DNA of 33,624 nucleotides from Chloroflexota bacterium (GTDB lineage Bacteria; Chloroflexota; JAJPGV01): NCBI GenBank assembly GCA_036844545.1, contig DAIUFO010000002.1, positions 1 to 33,624 of the forward strand, read 5' to 3'. Shown piece by piece: positions 32,501 to 33,624 of this stretch (position 1 is its first letter; each line of letters starts with the position of its first letter). The notes under the pieces were generated by a model. It saw only the letters and a program-made list of their open reading frames with translations, ran no database searches and was not told where the DNA came from. The position numbers and the translations under genes were made by a program.

Positions 32501-32806
32501 AATCAGCTCGATTCCTATGGCCAGGCGGAGACCCTCCTCATCGTCACCTCCGGAGCTTGCGTGTTCAGCAACAACCAATGCGTGCTGCTGTTGGCCGCTG
32601 GCTTCCCGGTGGCGAGTATTGAAGCGGGAGCGATCGTGGCCAGCTCGAACTACATGCACGGGCCGGGAGACGTGGCTCTGGCGCTGGCGCTGCCTAACGA
32701 GCCCCCGGCTTACACAGTCGTCGGAAACATCGCTCGAGGCGTCATCCAGGTTAACGGCGCCAATCTGGGGACGCCGTGGCAGCCTCTCAACATCATTACC
32801 GCGTAA
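29528..32806 (+). CDS. DUF6519-type N-terminal domain fused to a right-handed parallel beta-helix (tailspike/fibre-slot protein)
   Basis: 1092 aa. N-terminus YSRQRFGPFKDYSEVLMQQGRVQLDADWNE, then VYLDVWRREVTYLEDPDL...TTRSQTVWQVRVL and FKWSRDDASV. His/Cys knot HHHCCRLAM...DCRTLWPPDFGEAGCDCTVCL (30839-30949). Next comes AIQRAIDQLKATGATICLGPGLYNL, followed by many PbH1-like repeats (NNRVTGVGGNGIAVQ, HNILENVGGGIVMAD, NNSLVGLG, GNQLDS). Confidence 0.8.
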   Translation: MSGDYSRQRFGPFKDYSEVLMQQGRVQLDADWNELVDIVDRRMRAETVDTIGLATVPKQTPDGFRIEITGGGAAIGPGRIYVDGLLAENHGKPRNADPRLDFDSVLAELRGSDPMPYAEQPYFPNVSNVAPFPTDGGPHLVYLDVWRREVTYLEDPDLVEKAVGVDSTTRSQTVWQVRVLQDVGAGATCATPDGDVKGWLDLVSSSAGRLTTAAVGVPQDDDPCLTPPSGGFRGLENRLYRVEIHDKGAQGTATFKWSRDDASVATAVTAIPDLHNLVVARVGRDAVLRFSAGDWIEITDDWRELAGEPGVMAHVQDVNDATRTLTLTDSLPAGVFAVNAQGETDSSRHTRIRRWDQKGQVSDTANHVLIDLDAAGSPGVIPVPPDGASIVLEDGVQITFSTTPAGGDYHTADYWTFAARTADASVEELQQAPPRGIHHHCCRLAMVTLPNDVTDCRTLWPPDFGEAGCDCTVCLTPEGGAQAIQRAIDQLKATGATICLGPGLYNLGRQPLHISAAQALRIKGHGWKTQLVYLGAGPAILVENSIDVTLEEMDILTSGRAISSGLAVAARNCARLTVQRCVLLQIGAGDTALPAVGLAGVMADVSIRENVILAAIGIGNIAIPGPNTTTGAAAAGSNALLTLGLVIRENFLICRERGVSLQGTVVHMGQTRIAANFVSDCAEAGIAALGITTAGAGVEIANNHVQARGSGIVAGSDGACITANAVTAPVQSPANAAAPVQPTGDGIVLTMVKGGTVDRCQVLNNRVTGVGGNGIAVQASLGSAMIKHNILENVGGGIVMADEASANVLDVEDNQLLNVAAVIDRSQDLAGIRVVRAAHAAVANNSLVGLGASAVDNPSCVGIQVIGPSTSCRISGNDVVDVGPPGDVIGDKVGVEYLGPFDRLDLAGNRVRRSENSPPDSIGSPWRAVRITAAPAAGGSATASGGATAAGRSLVAGQNVRFVTAGSLTFGVFGSKIARLPSGPGNLTVQGNQLDSYGQAETLLIVTSGACVFSNNQCVLLLAAGFPVASIEAGAIVASSNYMHGPGDVALALALPNEPPAYTVVGNIARGVIQVNGANLGTPWQPLNIITA

Positions 32807-32824
32807 GCAACAGGAGAATTAGCT

Positions 32825-33499
32825 ATGGCCGACCCCCGACTCGTGACGGTGAAGGCGGAGCAAGACGTGGCCAGCTTGGTACGTGACGTGTTTGTCATCC
32901 CGGAGACTGGCTCCCGAAGGGTCGCGCAAGAGGCCGCGCAGGCCATCGTCGAGGCCAATCCGCACCTTGCCGGCCTGAAAGCTCTGCCGGAGGGGACGCC
33001 GGTCATCGTGCCAGATATGCCGGAGCTCACGCCCAACGCGACGGCGGCGGCCACGCCGGCATTGCCCTTGAGCGACCTCATGCGGCAAGCCGGCGACGCC
33101 ATTCAAAGCGTCAGATCCGCGCTGGCTCAGTCCACAGACAGCAGCGTTCAGGAGGCGAAGGCCACGCTGCAGCTCCTTGGATCAAAGGACTTCGCGGCAG
33201 CAGCCGCGAATGATCCCTCGACGGCGGCGATCGCCGCCTCGATCACCGCCGCCTCCAACGCCGCGATCAAGGACGCGGAGACGAAGGCCAAGGAACACAA
33301 TCAGGGTCTAGACGACCTGACGGCGGCGCTCGAGGAGTTCGCGAACGTCACTGGATTCCCAGCAGCGGGACCCGCAACTTCCGCCGTAACGGCCGCGCCT
33401 ATAGGGGCAAGGCCGACCGGGCAGCAGCAGACGCGCAAGCCGGCAGCACGACCGGCCCAAGCCGCCCTACCACCGGGGACAAGTGGAGGAGGGGTGTGA
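32825..33499 (+). CDS. Hypothetical protein, LysM-like N-terminal ~65 aa plus Ala-rich helical C-terminal region; last gene of the operon in this window
   Basis: AGGAG precedes ATG 32825. VTVKAEQDVASLVRDVF...AAQAIVEANPHLAGLKALPEGTPVIVPDMP loosely follows a LysM/gpX-like pattern. The remainder is Ala/Ser/Thr-rich with a Pro/Gln-rich tail. Confidence 0.55.
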   Translation: MADPRLVTVKAEQDVASLVRDVFVIPETGSRRVAQEAAQAIVEANPHLAGLKALPEGTPVIVPDMPELTPNATAAATPALPLSDLMRQAGDAIQSVRSALAQSTDSSVQEAKATLQLLGSKDFAAAAANDPSTAAIAASITAASNAAIKDAETKAKEHNQGLDDLTAALEEFANVTGFPAAGPATSAVTAAPIGARPTGQQQTRKPAARPAQAALPPGTSGGGV

Positions 33500-33624
33500 C
33501 GGCCTTACCCCCGAGTTGTTGACTTCGCGGACGTTCATGCAATGACGGTCTCATTACCAAGGAGAAGGTCGGGGGGCAATCGCTCGACTGCCGACACCGT
33601 TATCTGCTGCCGCGCCCTAGCCCG

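Noticed and set aside
24448-32659. Very long minus-strand ORFs inside the eCIS operon (24448-25869, 27285-29126, 30563-32659, and many shorter ones such as 10328-10924 and 12272-13189).
   Set aside because: All are antisense to plus-strand genes with strong family signatures. Their products are Arg/Gly/Ala/Val-rich with low complexity, and they have no SD-led starts. I treat them as high-GC shadow ORFs, not antisense immunity or regulator genes.
1-33624. CRISPR arrays, tRNA/rRNA genes, and tandem or interspersed repeats beyond the IS ends.
   Set aside because: Reading through both strands, I saw no regularly spaced direct repeats, no tRNA-like T-arm/anticodon architecture near the putative island edges, and no rRNA-like sequence. 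This is a visual scan only; tRNAscan, CRISPR and repeat finders should confirm it.

Overview
This is a visibly G+C-rich bacterial window with strong AGGAGG-type ribosome-binding sites. I saw no rRNA, tRNA or CRISPR array. It splits into two parts.

(1) 1-8.4 kb is an accessory, partly decaying patch. It holds the 3' stub of an IS1595-type transposase gene, a 465-aa two-domain orphan protein on the minus strand, and an apparently intact ~2.4 kb insertion sequence with a 765-aa HTH+DDE transposase and 24-bp terminal inverted repeats. About 1.4 kb of broken reading frames follows. After that comes a small co-directional cassette: two SD-led short ORFs, a B12-binding radical SAM gene whose frame is interrupted near 6300, and a sulfotransferase.

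(2) 8.8-33.5 kb is one co-directional operon of 20 ORFs, largely translationally coupled. It encodes an extracellular contractile injection system (eCIS; Afp/PVC-like phage-tail-like particle). The parts, in order, are:
- sheath, tube, a zinc-ribbon protein, and a disordered tape-measure-slot protein;
- DUF4255 terminator/cap and AAA+ ATPase;
- an embedded cargo island: an 83-aa ORF plus two DUF4157 HExxH proteins with unrelated C-terminal payloads;
- tube-like initiator, LysM protein, gpD-like hub, gpV/VgrG-like spike, PAAR-like tip, gp25/gpW;
- two large baseplate-J-type proteins and a P2 gpI-type protein;
- a 1092-aa tailspike-like beta-helix protein and a terminal Ala-rich protein.

The most interesting region is the cargo island at 15.5-18.8 kb. 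The peptide-modification-like cassette at 5.6-8.4 kb is second. All family assignments come from motif recognition by eye and need HMM or structure searches to confirm.
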